This document shows, piece after piece, positions 9,890 to 18,722 of a stretch of DNA of 38,118 nt. Origin of the DNA: Candidatus Omnitrophota bacterium (GTDB taxonomy: Bacteria > Omnitrophota > Gorgyraeia > JAHIPI01); the NCBI GenBank assembly GCA_016931215.1, contig JAFGFD010000135.1:1-38118 (forward strand), in the 5' to 3' direction. A program made the position numbers and the translations under genes. Under the pieces are notes generated by a model, which saw only the letters and a list, made by a program, of their open reading frames with translations, was not told the DNA's origin and ran no database searches. How positions within the stretch are numbered: position 1 is the stretch's first letter; each line of letters opens with the position of its first letter.

Positions 9890-10799
9890 AATCCCTCTTT
9901 ATTTTATGTTCGTTGAAAAGATAATCCTCCAAAGCCTTCCGCCATTCCCTGGGAACCTCTCCCGTAACGTCGCAATATTTCTCGGTGTTCAATGCCGACA
10001 TGGGCGGCCGCGCCGCAGGTCTATTCAGCTCCTGAGACGTTATCGGCACAATCCTCACGTGGGTTCTATTGGCAATCTTCAGAATCTCTTCCGCATATTT
10101 AAACCACGAACAGGTTCCAGAGTTGCAGAAATGGTAAACTCCCCCCATTTCTTTATTCTTAGATGCTATGTCCATTAAATTACTGATAGCTTCCGATAAG
10201 TCTTTGGTAAAGGTCGGCGATCCGAATTGATCGAATACCACCCTCAATTCCTTATTGGCATCCGCTTTATCCAGTATAATGTCCACAAAATTCCGTCCGT
10301 ATTTACCAAAGAGCCAGCTGGTCCTCACGATGCAATATCTATACAATTCCTTCCGAACGGCCTCTTCGCCTTTCAATTTAGATAATCCGTATATATTAAC
10401 GGGTGCTGCCTTGTCATCTTCGAGGTAAGGTTCGCTTTTTGAGCCGTCAAAGATAAAATCCGTTGAAATGTAAAACATCAATGCGCCGGAGTTTTTGCAT
10501 CCCAGGGCAACGTTATGCGTACCTTCGTAATTCACGGCCATCGCCTTTTCTTTGTCCAGCTCGCAACTATCCACGTCTGTCCACGCGGCGGCATGGATTA
10601 CTACCTCAGGGTTTATCTTGTCTATCACATTTAAAATCTCGTTCCTATCCGTTATGTCACATTTTTTAAAAGTAATCGCGCCGCCCTTCGGACTCTTGTT
10701 TTCGATGATATCTATCCCCGTGATATCGCAAGAATCCTTCAGTGCAAGGATAAGATCCATGCCTAGCATGCCGCTTGAACCCGTTATGAGTACCTTCAC
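9867..10799 (-). CDS. rfbD: dTDP-4-dehydrorhamnose reductase
   Basis: GSSGMLG, HAAAWTDVD, STDFIFDG, YGLSK, DQFGSPT, PAARP. Confidence 0.92.
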   Translation of the reverse strand: MKVLITGSSGMLGMDLILALKDSCDITGIDIIENKSPKGGAITFKKCDITDRNEILNVIDKINPEVVIHAAAWTDVDSCELDKEKAMAVNYEGTHNVALGCKNSGALMFYISTDFIFDGSKSEPYLEDDKAAPVNIYGLSKLKGEEAVRKELYRYCIVRTSWLFGKYGRNFVDIILDKADANKELRVVFDQFGSPTFTKDLSEAISNLMDIASKNKEMGGVYHFCNSGTCSWFKYAEEILKIANRTHVRIVPITSQELNRPAARPPMSALNTEKYCDVTGEVPREWRKALEDYLFNEHKIKRDYVQGNKG

Positions 10800-10800
10800 A

Positions 10801-11817
10801 TCACACCTTTGTCTTGGAACTCTTATGGAGGCGTGCCGCTTCTGCCGATTTCCTAAGCGGCTCCCACCACGCCTTGTTATTTTTATACCATTCTACAGTC
10901 TCTTTTAGTGCGCCCTCGAATTCGTACTTGCTCTCCCATCCAATGGCCCTTATCTTGGATGCATCCATTGAATACCGCCTATCGTGCCCCGGTCTATCTT
11001 CCACAAATTCAATCAGGTCGTCTGACTTGCCCACGTACTCCAATATCTTCCTTGTCAATTCGATGTTGCTTATTTCGTCTCCTTTCGCAACATTGTAAAT
11101 CTCGCCGATCTCGCCTTTATGCAGCACTATATCGATTGCGGAGCAATGGTCCAAAACGAAGAGCCAGTCTCTGACATTCATCCCGTCGCCATATACAGGT
11201 AATTTCTTATCTTCAATTGCGTTCGTAATAAAAAGGGGTATGATCTTTTCGGGATACTGATAAGGCCCAAAATTATTCGAGCTTCGCATTATTATAGCCG
11301 GTAGTTTGTAGGTGGTATGGAATGACAAAGCCATCAAATCTGCGCTGGCCTTACTGGCCGAATAGGGACTCCCCGGATTTAGATTGCTCTTCTCGGTAAA
11401 ACTGCCCTTTTCTATGCTTCCGTACACCTCATCGGTCCCGATTTGAACAATACGGGGCACATTGTAATCCTTGGCAACCCTAAGCACGGTCAATAGGCCG
11501 TGTATGTTTGTCCGCACAAAATTATTCGGGTTCTTTATGGATCTGTCGACATGGCTCTCGGCCGCGCAATTCACAATGGCGTCGCACCCTTTCATCGCCT
11601 CCTTTACCACTTCCGTATCTTTGATATCGCCTTTTATGAAAGAATAGTTGTGGTTCTTTTCAATATCCCTTAAGTTCTTCGGATTACCGCAATATGTCAA
11701 TTTATCAAGATTGACAATTTCGTAATCGGGGTGCTTCTTGAGCATGTATCTTATGAAATTGGAACCGATAAAGCCCGCGCCGCCGGTCACCAATATTTTT
11801 TTCAATTTAATCTTCAT
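10801..11817 (-). CDS. rfbB: dTDP-glucose 4,6-dehydratase
   Basis: DKLTY, AAESHVDRS, TDEVYG, YSASK, DRPGHDRRY. Confidence 0.95.
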   Translation of the reverse strand: MKIKLKKILVTGGAGFIGSNFIRYMLKKHPDYEIVNLDKLTYCGNPKNLRDIEKNHNYSFIKGDIKDTEVVKEAMKGCDAIVNCAAESHVDRSIKNPNNFVRTNIHGLLTVLRVAKDYNVPRIVQIGTDEVYGSIEKGSFTEKSNLNPGSPYSASKASADLMALSFHTTYKLPAIIMRSSNNFGPYQYPEKIIPLFITNAIEDKKLPVYGDGMNVRDWLFVLDHCSAIDIVLHKGEIGEIYNVAKGDEISNIELTRKILEYVGKSDDLIEFVEDRPGHDRRYSMDASKIRAIGWESKYEFEGALKETVEWYKNNKAWWEPLRKSAEAARLHKSSKTKV

Positions 11818-11818
11818 G

Positions 11819-12571
11819 TCAATCTTCTCCTTTAATCTTTCCTTGCCTCTTCCGGTCTCTTTTCTTGACCAGGTTACTCGCCTTGAGTAGTGAGTCGAAA
11901 GATGTGCCTGAGTCCGACCACCATCCGTTTAATATATCGTAGCGAAGCTCTTTTCTTTTTATATAGGCATTATTCACGTCCGTGATCTCGAGCTCATTCC
12001 TCTTTGAAGGTCTGAGGGTTTTTATGATGTCGAATACCTTTTCGTCATACATATAAACGCCGGTAACGATATAGTCCGATTTGGGGTTTTTGGGTTTTTC
12101 CTTTATCGACACGATCCTATTATGCTTTATTTCAACGACGCCGAATCTCCATGGGTCCTTGACCTTCTTTATCAAAATCCTGGCGCCGCGCGGTTGCTTC
12201 CTGAAATTTTCTATGTATCTTTTTATTCCTTTCTCCAATATATTATCGCCCAATATTACGACTATCTTTTCCCTGTCCGCGAAATGTTCCGCAAGCCTAA
12301 GGGCGTCGGCGATGCCGCCTTCCCCTTCTTGGTAAGTATAGTTGATATGTTTCAAGCCGAAGGCCTGGCCGTTGCCGAGCAACCTCAGGAATTCCCCGGC
12401 ACGGCTGCCGCCCGTTACCAAAAGTATATCTTTTATGCCCGCGTCTACAAGCGTCTGCAACGGGTAATAGATCATAGGCTTGGAATAGACGGGCAGAAGA
12501 TGTTTATTTGTTATCTTGGTCAAAGGGTTGAGCCTTGTTCCCAGACCACCTGCAAGTATCACGCCTTTCAT
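11819..12571 (-). CDS. rfbA: Glucose-1-phosphate thymidylyltransferase (short RmlA/SpsI type)
   Basis: MKGVILAGGLGTRL, KHLLPVY, LGDN, ELEITD. Start moved from 12616 to ATG 12571. Confidence 0.88.
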   Translation of the reverse strand: MKGVILAGGLGTRLNPLTKITNKHLLPVYSKPMIYYPLQTLVDAGIKDILLVTGGSRAGEFLRLLGNGQAFGLKHINYTYQEGEGGIADALRLAEHFADREKIVVILGDNILEKGIKRYIENFRKQPRGARILIKKVKDPWRFGVVEIKHNRIVSIKEKPKNPKSDYIVTGVYMYDEKVFDIIKTLRPSKRNELEITDVNNAYIKRKELRYDILNGWWSDSGTSFDSLLKASNLVKKRDRKRQGKIKGED

Positions 12572-12575
12572 CTTA

Positions 12576-13022
12576 TCACCTCTTCCAGTCGTACGGTATG
12601 TCGTTATCGAACGCATCTACCCTGTATTCATCGGGATTCTTGTGATTATACGGTACGGTCACGTTATTTACGACTATGGCTTCGTAATTGCTCACGCATT
12701 TAAAACCGTGGTAAACAAACGGCGGTATCTGTATGAGCTTGGGATCATCCAGGCTAACGGTAAACTCGTTCACCTCTCTGTATGTCGGAGATCCCTGTCT
12801 AGAATCATACAGGGCAAGACAAATCACGCCGTGGACGCAGGTAAAACTGTCCGTCTGCAACCTGTGATAATGCCATGCCTTTACGATACCCGGAAAGGCC
12901 GTCGTCATGTAGACCTGACCGAACTTTATAAATTCAGCATCATCGTTCCTCAATATCTCCATCAACCTACCCCTGTCGTCCGGTATAACTTTAAGTTTCT
13001 TAATCTTGATGCCGTCTATCAT
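12576..13022 (-). CDS. rfbC: dTDP-4-dehydrorhamnose 3,5-epimerase family (short cupin)
   Basis: DDRG, KAWHYH, DSRQGSPT, IPPFVYHGF; located next to the other rml genes. Confidence 0.85.
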   Translation of the reverse strand: MIDGIKIKKLKVIPDDRGRLMEILRNDDAEFIKFGQVYMTTAFPGIVKAWHYHRLQTDSFTCVHGVICLALYDSRQGSPTYREVNEFTVSLDDPKLIQIPPFVYHGFKCVSNYEAIVVNNVTVPYNHKNPDEYRVDAFDNDIPYDWKR

Positions 13023-14313
13023 AATATCTCCCTATTCCTTTATACTTCAAACCGAATTTTTCCACATCCTTGGGTTCATATATATTTCGTCCGTCTACGA
13101 TGATGGGTTGTTTCATCAGGCGCTTCACCCGCTTTAAATCCAAAGACTTAAACTCATCCCAATCGGTTATTATGCAAAGACAATCGCTGTCCCTAACGGC
13201 GCTATAAGCGTCTTTGCAGAACTTCACGTCTTTCAAGACAGTCTTTGCATTCTTCATGGCCTGAGGGTCGAAGGCCTTTATCTTGACCCCTTCGTTCTGA
13301 AGCATCTTTATGATATCTATAGCAGGGGCGTATCTTATATCGTCGGTGTTGGGTTTGAAAGCGATACCGAGTACGGCTATCGTTTTGCCGTTGAGCACCC
13401 ACAATGATTCTTCTATCTTCTTAATGAACAATATCTTCTGATAATCATTCACCCTTTTAACTGACCGTAAAAGGTCGAAATCATAGCCGAGTTTCTCCGA
13501 GATCCTTATGAACGCCTCTAAATCTTTAGGGAAGCAGAATCCGCCGAATCCAACGCCGGAGTTCAAAAAATCCTTTCCGATCCGCCTGTCGAGGCCTATA
13601 CCTTTCGACACCTTTACGATATCCGCTCCGCATCTCTCGCATATATTCGCTATGGAATTGATATAAGATATCTTCATAGCCAGAAAAGAGTTTGAGGCAT
13701 GTTTAATCAGCTCCGCACTTTCTATATCCGTAACGATTATGGGGGCCTTGAAAGAAGCGTAGATTGAACTCAATATATCGCGCGCCTTCTTTGAGTTTAC
13801 GCCTATGACTATCCTGTCAGGGCTCAGGAAATCGCTTATGGCCTGACCTTCGCGAAGAAACTCCGGATTGGAGGCAACATCAAATTTTATCTTCTTCTTA
13901 TTATATGCCTTTATGGTCTCCTCTATCCTCTTGCCTGTCTGAACGGGTACCGTGCTCTTTTCGACAATCAGCCGATATGACGGCATCTCCGTCGCAATCT
14001 TGCGTGCGACGTTCTCGATATAAGTAAGATCGGCCTCGCCGTTGTCCTTAGGAGGAGTTCCTACGGCAATAAATATTACCGTGGACTTCGCTATGGCGCT
14101 TTTGATATTGGCCGTAAAATATATATTCTTGGCGCGGAGTCCACTTCTGACAAGCTGGTCCAATCCCGGTTCGTATATTGGGATCTTGCCCTTCTTCAAT
14201 GCGTTTATCTTTGCCGTATCTATATCTACGCATATCACCTTATGGCCGAGTTTCGCAAAGCAAGCGGCAGTGACAAGCCCTACGTATCCTGCGCCGATTA
14301 CGCCTATATCCAT
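13000..14313 (-). CDS. ugd: UDP-glucose 6-dehydrogenase
   Basis: GAGYVG, KSTVP, SNPEFLREG, GFGGFCFPKD, FKPNTDD. ATG 14313 is preceded by GGAGGT. Confidence 0.93.
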   Translation of the reverse strand: MDIGVIGAGYVGLVTAACFAKLGHKVICVDIDTAKINALKKGKIPIYEPGLDQLVRSGLRAKNIYFTANIKSAIAKSTVIFIAVGTPPKDNGEADLTYIENVARKIATEMPSYRLIVEKSTVPVQTGKRIEETIKAYNKKKIKFDVASNPEFLREGQAISDFLSPDRIVIGVNSKKARDILSSIYASFKAPIIVTDIESAELIKHASNSFLAMKISYINSIANICERCGADIVKVSKGIGLDRRIGKDFLNSGVGFGGFCFPKDLEAFIRISEKLGYDFDLLRSVKRVNDYQKILFIKKIEESLWVLNGKTIAVLGIAFKPNTDDIRYAPAIDIIKMLQNEGVKIKAFDPQAMKNAKTVLKDVKFCKDAYSAVRDSDCLCIITDWDEFKSLDLKRVKRLMKQPIIVDGRNIYEPKDVEKFGLKYKGIGRYYDRRHQD

Positions 14314-14367
14314 ATCTACCTCCAAAATGACTTATTTCAATGATAGCCGTATTGTATCAGACCAAAC

Positions 14368-15387
14368 TTAACCGTTGACTACTTCTGCCCTGTGTAAAGG
14401 ACGAAACCATTTCAGACTTTTCGCGAGCTCGGGAGAGTCGCTGTATATAACGTCGAATCTTTTCTTTTTCTTTAAAATACGCACTATGCAGTTTGCATCG
14501 AAAAATAGATTTGGCATATGGACCTTTTTTATATATGCATGACTCGGCAGCTTCAAATCGACGCTCTTCGGCATGAATACCCACGTCCAATTCCTTTTCT
14601 GGGCTTCATCATAGGCCCTTCTATTCAAATCGAATGAATTTTTTCCTTTGAATATATATAAAAACCTTTTCGATCTCCCGTATTTTTCGTAAAATATATC
14701 CTGGTTCTTCTTGAATAGATCGTCAAAGTACCCTGTCTTTTTGAATGAAGAATGTTCCAGATGGACGACATAAGACCCTTGGGCTATCGCAATCTTAAAA
14801 CCGTTTTCTATAGCCGTGATGGAATACTCGGTATCTTCAAAATAGCCGGGTCCGTAATCTTCCGGCCATACCCCTATCTTTTCGATCACCTTTCTCTTGA
14901 TTAAAAAACAGAAGCCTATTGCCGCCGCCGTCTCTGTATAACTACCCTTATTACGCTTATAAAGATCCGCGGCGATGTCCTTCCATTCTTTTCCAAAAGG
15001 CCGCTTTGAGCCGAAATTGCTCAAAGGATTGACTATTCCTATCTTTTCGTCCTTCTCGGCCACCCCGACCATCTCCGTAAGCCAATTCTCGGTAACAATC
15101 GTGTCGTTATCCAATATGCATACGTATTCTGCGTCTGATGCGCGTATGCCCTGGTTTGCCCCTTTCGAATTACCTACATTCTCCTCGTTCCTTATAATCA
15201 GAATGTCCACATCTCTCCTTCTCGAGATCCCTTCCAAGTAAGTGCGAGTCTCTTCGCCGGAGGCATTGTCGACTATTATAATGCGGTAGGGAAAACGGGT
15301 ATTCTCTATTATGCTATCTATGCACTGCGCGGTCAGGTCCCTCATGTTCCATACGGGTATTACTATATCACATCTCGTTTTATTCAT
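14368..15387 (-). CDS. GT2 family glycosyltransferase
   Basis: DIVIPVWN, IVDNAS, LDNDT, GYFEDTEY, plus a C-terminal extension. Confidence 0.88.
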   Translation of the reverse strand: MNKTRCDIVIPVWNMRDLTAQCIDSIIENTRFPYRIIIVDNASGEETRTYLEGISRRRDVDILIIRNEENVGNSKGANQGIRASDAEYVCILDNDTIVTENWLTEMVGVAEKDEKIGIVNPLSNFGSKRPFGKEWKDIAADLYKRNKGSYTETAAAIGFCFLIKRKVIEKIGVWPEDYGPGYFEDTEYSITAIENGFKIAIAQGSYVVHLEHSSFKKTGYFDDLFKKNQDIFYEKYGRSKRFLYIFKGKNSFDLNRRAYDEAQKRNWTWVFMPKSVDLKLPSHAYIKKVHMPNLFFDANCIVRILKKKKRFDVIYSDSPELAKSLKWFRPLHRAEVVNG

Positions 15388-15399
15388 AATTCTGTATTA

Positions 15400-15468
15400 G
15401 GTTTACGGTGTATGGTTCATGGTTTTCGGTGCATGGGAATTTTTTCCTGACACCGTAAACCATTAACC
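15400..15468. repeat. Inverted heptamer array, GGTNNAY family
   Basis: ggtttac ggtgtat ggttcat ggttttc ggtgcat gg, then caccgtaaaccattaacc; 15400-15410 is perfectly complementary to 15451-15461. Confidence 0.9.
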
Positions 15469-15475
15469 AGTCTTC

Positions 15476-16579
15476 TTACCATCCCTTCTTTACGGTATCG
15501 ATTACCCTCATTACGTCATCGTCTGTAAGGCCCGCGTGCAGCGGTATGGAGACATATTTAGGCTCCAATTCGTTCATAACGGGTAGATTCAAACGTTTAC
15601 CTCCGAATATGGGATAGACGTCGCAGCGGACATGGACCATGTGGGTGTCTATCCCGTTGGATCTCATCATCTTTATGAAATCCTCCCGACGATTCACCAG
15701 GATCGTAAAGAGCCAGTTGGCGCTCTGCCTGTCCGATTTCTTCTCCAATAGCGTCAATCCGTCCACTCCGCTCAATCCCTTACGGTACATATCGGCTATT
15801 TCCCTGCGCCTTAGATTAACTTTTTCCAAATCGTCGAGCTGAACAGAAAGTATTGTGGCTGTGACATCGTTCATATGATATTTGAAACCGGGCTCTTCCA
15901 CCTTAAACTTCCAGTATATGTCGCCTTTGAAGTTTCTGTCTATTCCGTACCATCTCAGCAACTTTCCTCTTTTATAATCTACTCCATCCTTGCACACTAG
16001 CATGCCGCCGTCTATAGTCGTAATCTGTTTTATCGCCTGGAAGGAGAAGCAGGTAAAATTACTAACGGCCCCGATATAGGCACCTTTGTACCGTGCTCCC
16101 AAAGCGTGAGCTGCGTCTTCGATAACCGGGATATCTCTTGACTTGGCTACAGCATGTATCTCATCCAGGTCGCATGGATTGCCTGCCCAGTGCACAACGA
16201 GTATCGCCTTTGTCTTATCTGTTATCTTCTCTTTGACGCTTTCCGGGTCGATATTCATAGAAGACTTTTGTATATCGGCAAATACCGCCTTTGCCTTCTG
16301 ATGCAGAATATGGATATTTGTGGCGGAGCACGTCATCGGTGTGGCAACGACTTCGTCTCCCTCATTTACATCCGATAGTAAAAGAGCGAGATGCAACGCG
16401 GAGGTACAGGAATTTAAGGTGAGCGCCCCACTTAAGCCGAAAAGCTTTTCGAACTTCCTCTCCACCTTATCCACCTCGGGCCCCTGGCCGATCCAATCGG
16501 TCTTGAGTATCTCGACCACTGCCCCGGCTACCTTCTCCGACATATAGGGTTTGAACATCTTTATGGATTTGTCACTCAT
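15476..16579 (-). CDS. DegT/DnrJ/EryC1/StrS sugar aminotransferase
   Basis: NSCTSALHLAL, IEDAAHA, SFQAIKQITTIDGG, GFKYHM. Confidence 0.92.
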   Translation of the reverse strand: MSDKSIKMFKPYMSEKVAGAVVEILKTDWIGQGPEVDKVERKFEKLFGLSGALTLNSCTSALHLALLLSDVNEGDEVVATPMTCSATNIHILHQKAKAVFADIQKSSMNIDPESVKEKITDKTKAILVVHWAGNPCDLDEIHAVAKSRDIPVIEDAAHALGARYKGAYIGAVSNFTCFSFQAIKQITTIDGGMLVCKDGVDYKRGKLLRWYGIDRNFKGDIYWKFKVEEPGFKYHMNDVTATILSVQLDDLEKVNLRRREIADMYRKGLSGVDGLTLLEKKSDRQSANWLFTILVNRREDFIKMMRSNGIDTHMVHVRCDVYPIFGGKRLNLPVMNELEPKYVSIPLHAGLTDDDVMRVIDTVKKGW

Positions 16580-16601
16580 TCGTTAATATTCTCCTCGATT
16601 G

Positions 16602-17417
16602 TTACAAGATTGCATGTTCCTTTTTTCTATTTAATCTATCTAAAAAATCCGCATTGAAATCCATGATCTTTCTGCCGTTACGATCAAAGATGCCGAATTT
16701 CGCAAGGCCGCATCTTTGCAAGATAAACCTCAAGCATGTCCAGAGTATGCCGAATCCGTACACGATAGACCTTGCGAACGATATGGAAGAAGCCTCTTTG
16801 TTATAGTTGGTGGGGGAGGTCACCTCGCCTATGCTATATCCGAAATATATCGACTGCGCGAGCATCTCGTTGTCAAAGACGAAATCATCGGAATTCTCGA
16901 TTATAGGCAAGTTCAAAAGCACTTCTCTTTTAAAGGCCCTGTATCCGGTGTGATATTCTGAAATCTTCTGCCCCATAACGACATTTTCAAAAAGCGTCAA
17001 CGCACGATTAGCCACGTATTTATATAAAGGCATTCCGCCTTTGAGTGCCATGCCGCCCAATATCCTCGAACCCAGGGCTATATCAAAGACGCCGGATACA
17101 AGAAGCCCCGCCATAGCGGGGATGAGTCTGGCGGGATATTGATAATCCGGATGTAGCATGACGACTATGTCTGCCCCTCGTTCAATCGCAAGCTTGTAAC
17201 ATGTCTTTTGATTGGCACCGTAACCCATATTCTCGTCATGTAAATATGTCGCGATGCCCAACTCTTTTGCCTTATGAACGGTCTTATCATGGCTCTTATC
17301 GTCCACCAGGAGTATCTCGTCTACGATATCTTTTGGGATCTCTATATATGTCTTTTCCAGGGTACTTTCCGCATTATAAGCGGGCATCACTACAACAATC
17401 TTTTTACCATCGAGCAT
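16602..17417 (-). CDS. GT2, polyprenyl-phosphate (DPM-like) glycosyltransferase
   Basis: VVMPAYN, VDDKSHD, GYGANQKT, GSR, SEYHTGYRAF. Confidence 0.85.
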   Translation of the reverse strand: MLDGKKIVVVMPAYNAESTLEKTYIEIPKDIVDEILLVDDKSHDKTVHKAKELGIATYLHDENMGYGANQKTCYKLAIERGADIVVMLHPDYQYPARLIPAMAGLLVSGVFDIALGSRILGGMALKGGMPLYKYVANRALTLFENVVMGQKISEYHTGYRAFKREVLLNLPIIENSDDFVFDNEMLAQSIYFGYSIGEVTSPTNYNKEASSISFARSIVYGFGILWTCLRFILQRCGLAKFGIFDRNGRKIMDFNADFLDRLNRKKEHAIL

Positions 17418-17485
17418 TAACTACATTCTCCCTTGATGCGGGTGAATATCTAACTTTTTATATCTCTCTATGATGAATGTTAGAT

Positions 17486-17530
17486 ATTATACACTTTTCT
17501 ATTGTAGTTGTATAGCAAAAAATGTATAAT
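17486..17530. promoter_or_regulatory. Back-to-back divergent sigma70-type promoters
   Basis: Plus strand: TTGTAG (17502-17507), 17 nt, TATAAT (17525-17530). Minus strand: TATAAT at 17486-17491 with a weak TATACA -35. The spacer is AT-rich. Confidence 0.6.
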
Positions 17531-17560
17531 ATCGAAAACCATATACATATAAACAGGTAA

Positions 17561-18718
17561 ATGGGGGTCTACATGTCAAAATTAACACATAAAAATGTAC
17601 TAATAATAATTATAGTGTTATCCCTGGCCGTAAAATTGGGGCTTTTTTGCTATGCTTTTTTCAACGTCCCTTCCCTAAAATTCATGCCCGATACCCCTAC
17701 CTATCTGGAACCCGGAATAAATCTTATTGAAAAGGGGGCCTTCGGTACATACGATGAGAACGGCGTTCTCCACTATGAGATCAATAGAACCCCTGGATAT
17801 CCTTTATTTCTAGCCATATTAAACAAAACATTCAATCTCTCACTTGACGCTATAGTCGTTATCCAAATATTTCTCATCACCCTGGCGGGCTATATGGTAT
17901 ACAAAGCGGCGCAAGAGGTGGACAAGAACATTGCCCCTCTGGCGGCCTTCATATTTTTGTTCGACCAGCCTACCACGCTCGCAAGTTTAATGCTTTTGTC
18001 GGAAGCTTTATACACTCTATTCATCGCTATTTTTATATACCTTTTCCTGCGCTACCTCAACGAAAGGAGGTTGTCCCTATTGTTATCTTTGACGGTTACT
18101 ATTGTGGCTGCTACGTATATAAGGCCCGTAAGCTATTATATAGGGATATTCCTGGCTGGAGGCATAGTATACGCGTTATACCGCCCGTCTCTCACGCGGG
18201 CCTTAGTTCACGGCCTCACGTTACTTTTGGTCTTCTACTCTTTGTTGGGGGTATGGCATTACAGAAATTTCTCCGCAACCGGAAATGCCGATTTTACCGT
18301 TATAGACAACAGAGACCTGAATCATATGGGGTTTGTACATAAGTACGGAAGGGACGACGGACTTGAGGGGACAGGAGCCGGCCCTGTCCGATATTACGCA
18401 GACCTAGTCATAGAATCTATAGTCCAGTTCTTTACGTTACCTGGTACTTTCAAGTACTTCAAATCCGAAACCCTTAGAATGGCCTCGAAGATATTCGGTT
18501 ATCCCTGGGTCTTCTTTTGGATTGTCGGTCTATTCTTCGCAAGATACGGCGAGGTCAAAGGCCAGGCCCTCTTGTTAATTTTGCTCTATTTTATGCTGGC
18601 CTCTATCTTTGTGGTGGGTCTTTGCGTAGGAAGCAGATTCCGCGTACCTGTGATGCCGTTGGTCTCTATTTTATCGGCGGCCGGATGGATGAAAATATAC
18701 TCCTTTTTTAAAAAATAG
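17561..18718 (+). CDS. Multi-pass membrane GT-C superfamily glycosyltransferase (ArnT/PMT-like)
   Basis: Many hydrophobic helices, PDTPTY after TM1, RTPGYPLFL, LSEALY, C-terminal RFRVP. It is the only plus-strand gene; the start may be 17573. Confidence 0.75.
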   Translation: MGVYMSKLTHKNVLIIIIVLSLAVKLGLFCYAFFNVPSLKFMPDTPTYLEPGINLIEKGAFGTYDENGVLHYEINRTPGYPLFLAILNKTFNLSLDAIVVIQIFLITLAGYMVYKAAQEVDKNIAPLAAFIFLFDQPTTLASLMLLSEALYTLFIAIFIYLFLRYLNERRLSLLLSLTVTIVAATYIRPVSYYIGIFLAGGIVYALYRPSLTRALVHGLTLLLVFYSLLGVWHYRNFSATGNADFTVIDNRDLNHMGFVHKYGRDDGLEGTGAGPVRYYADLVIESIVQFFTLPGTFKYFKSETLRMASKIFGYPWVFFWIVGLFFARYGEVKGQALLLILLYFMLASIFVVGLCVGSRFRVPVMPLVSILSAAGWMKIYSFFKK

Positions 18719-18722
18719 ATTT

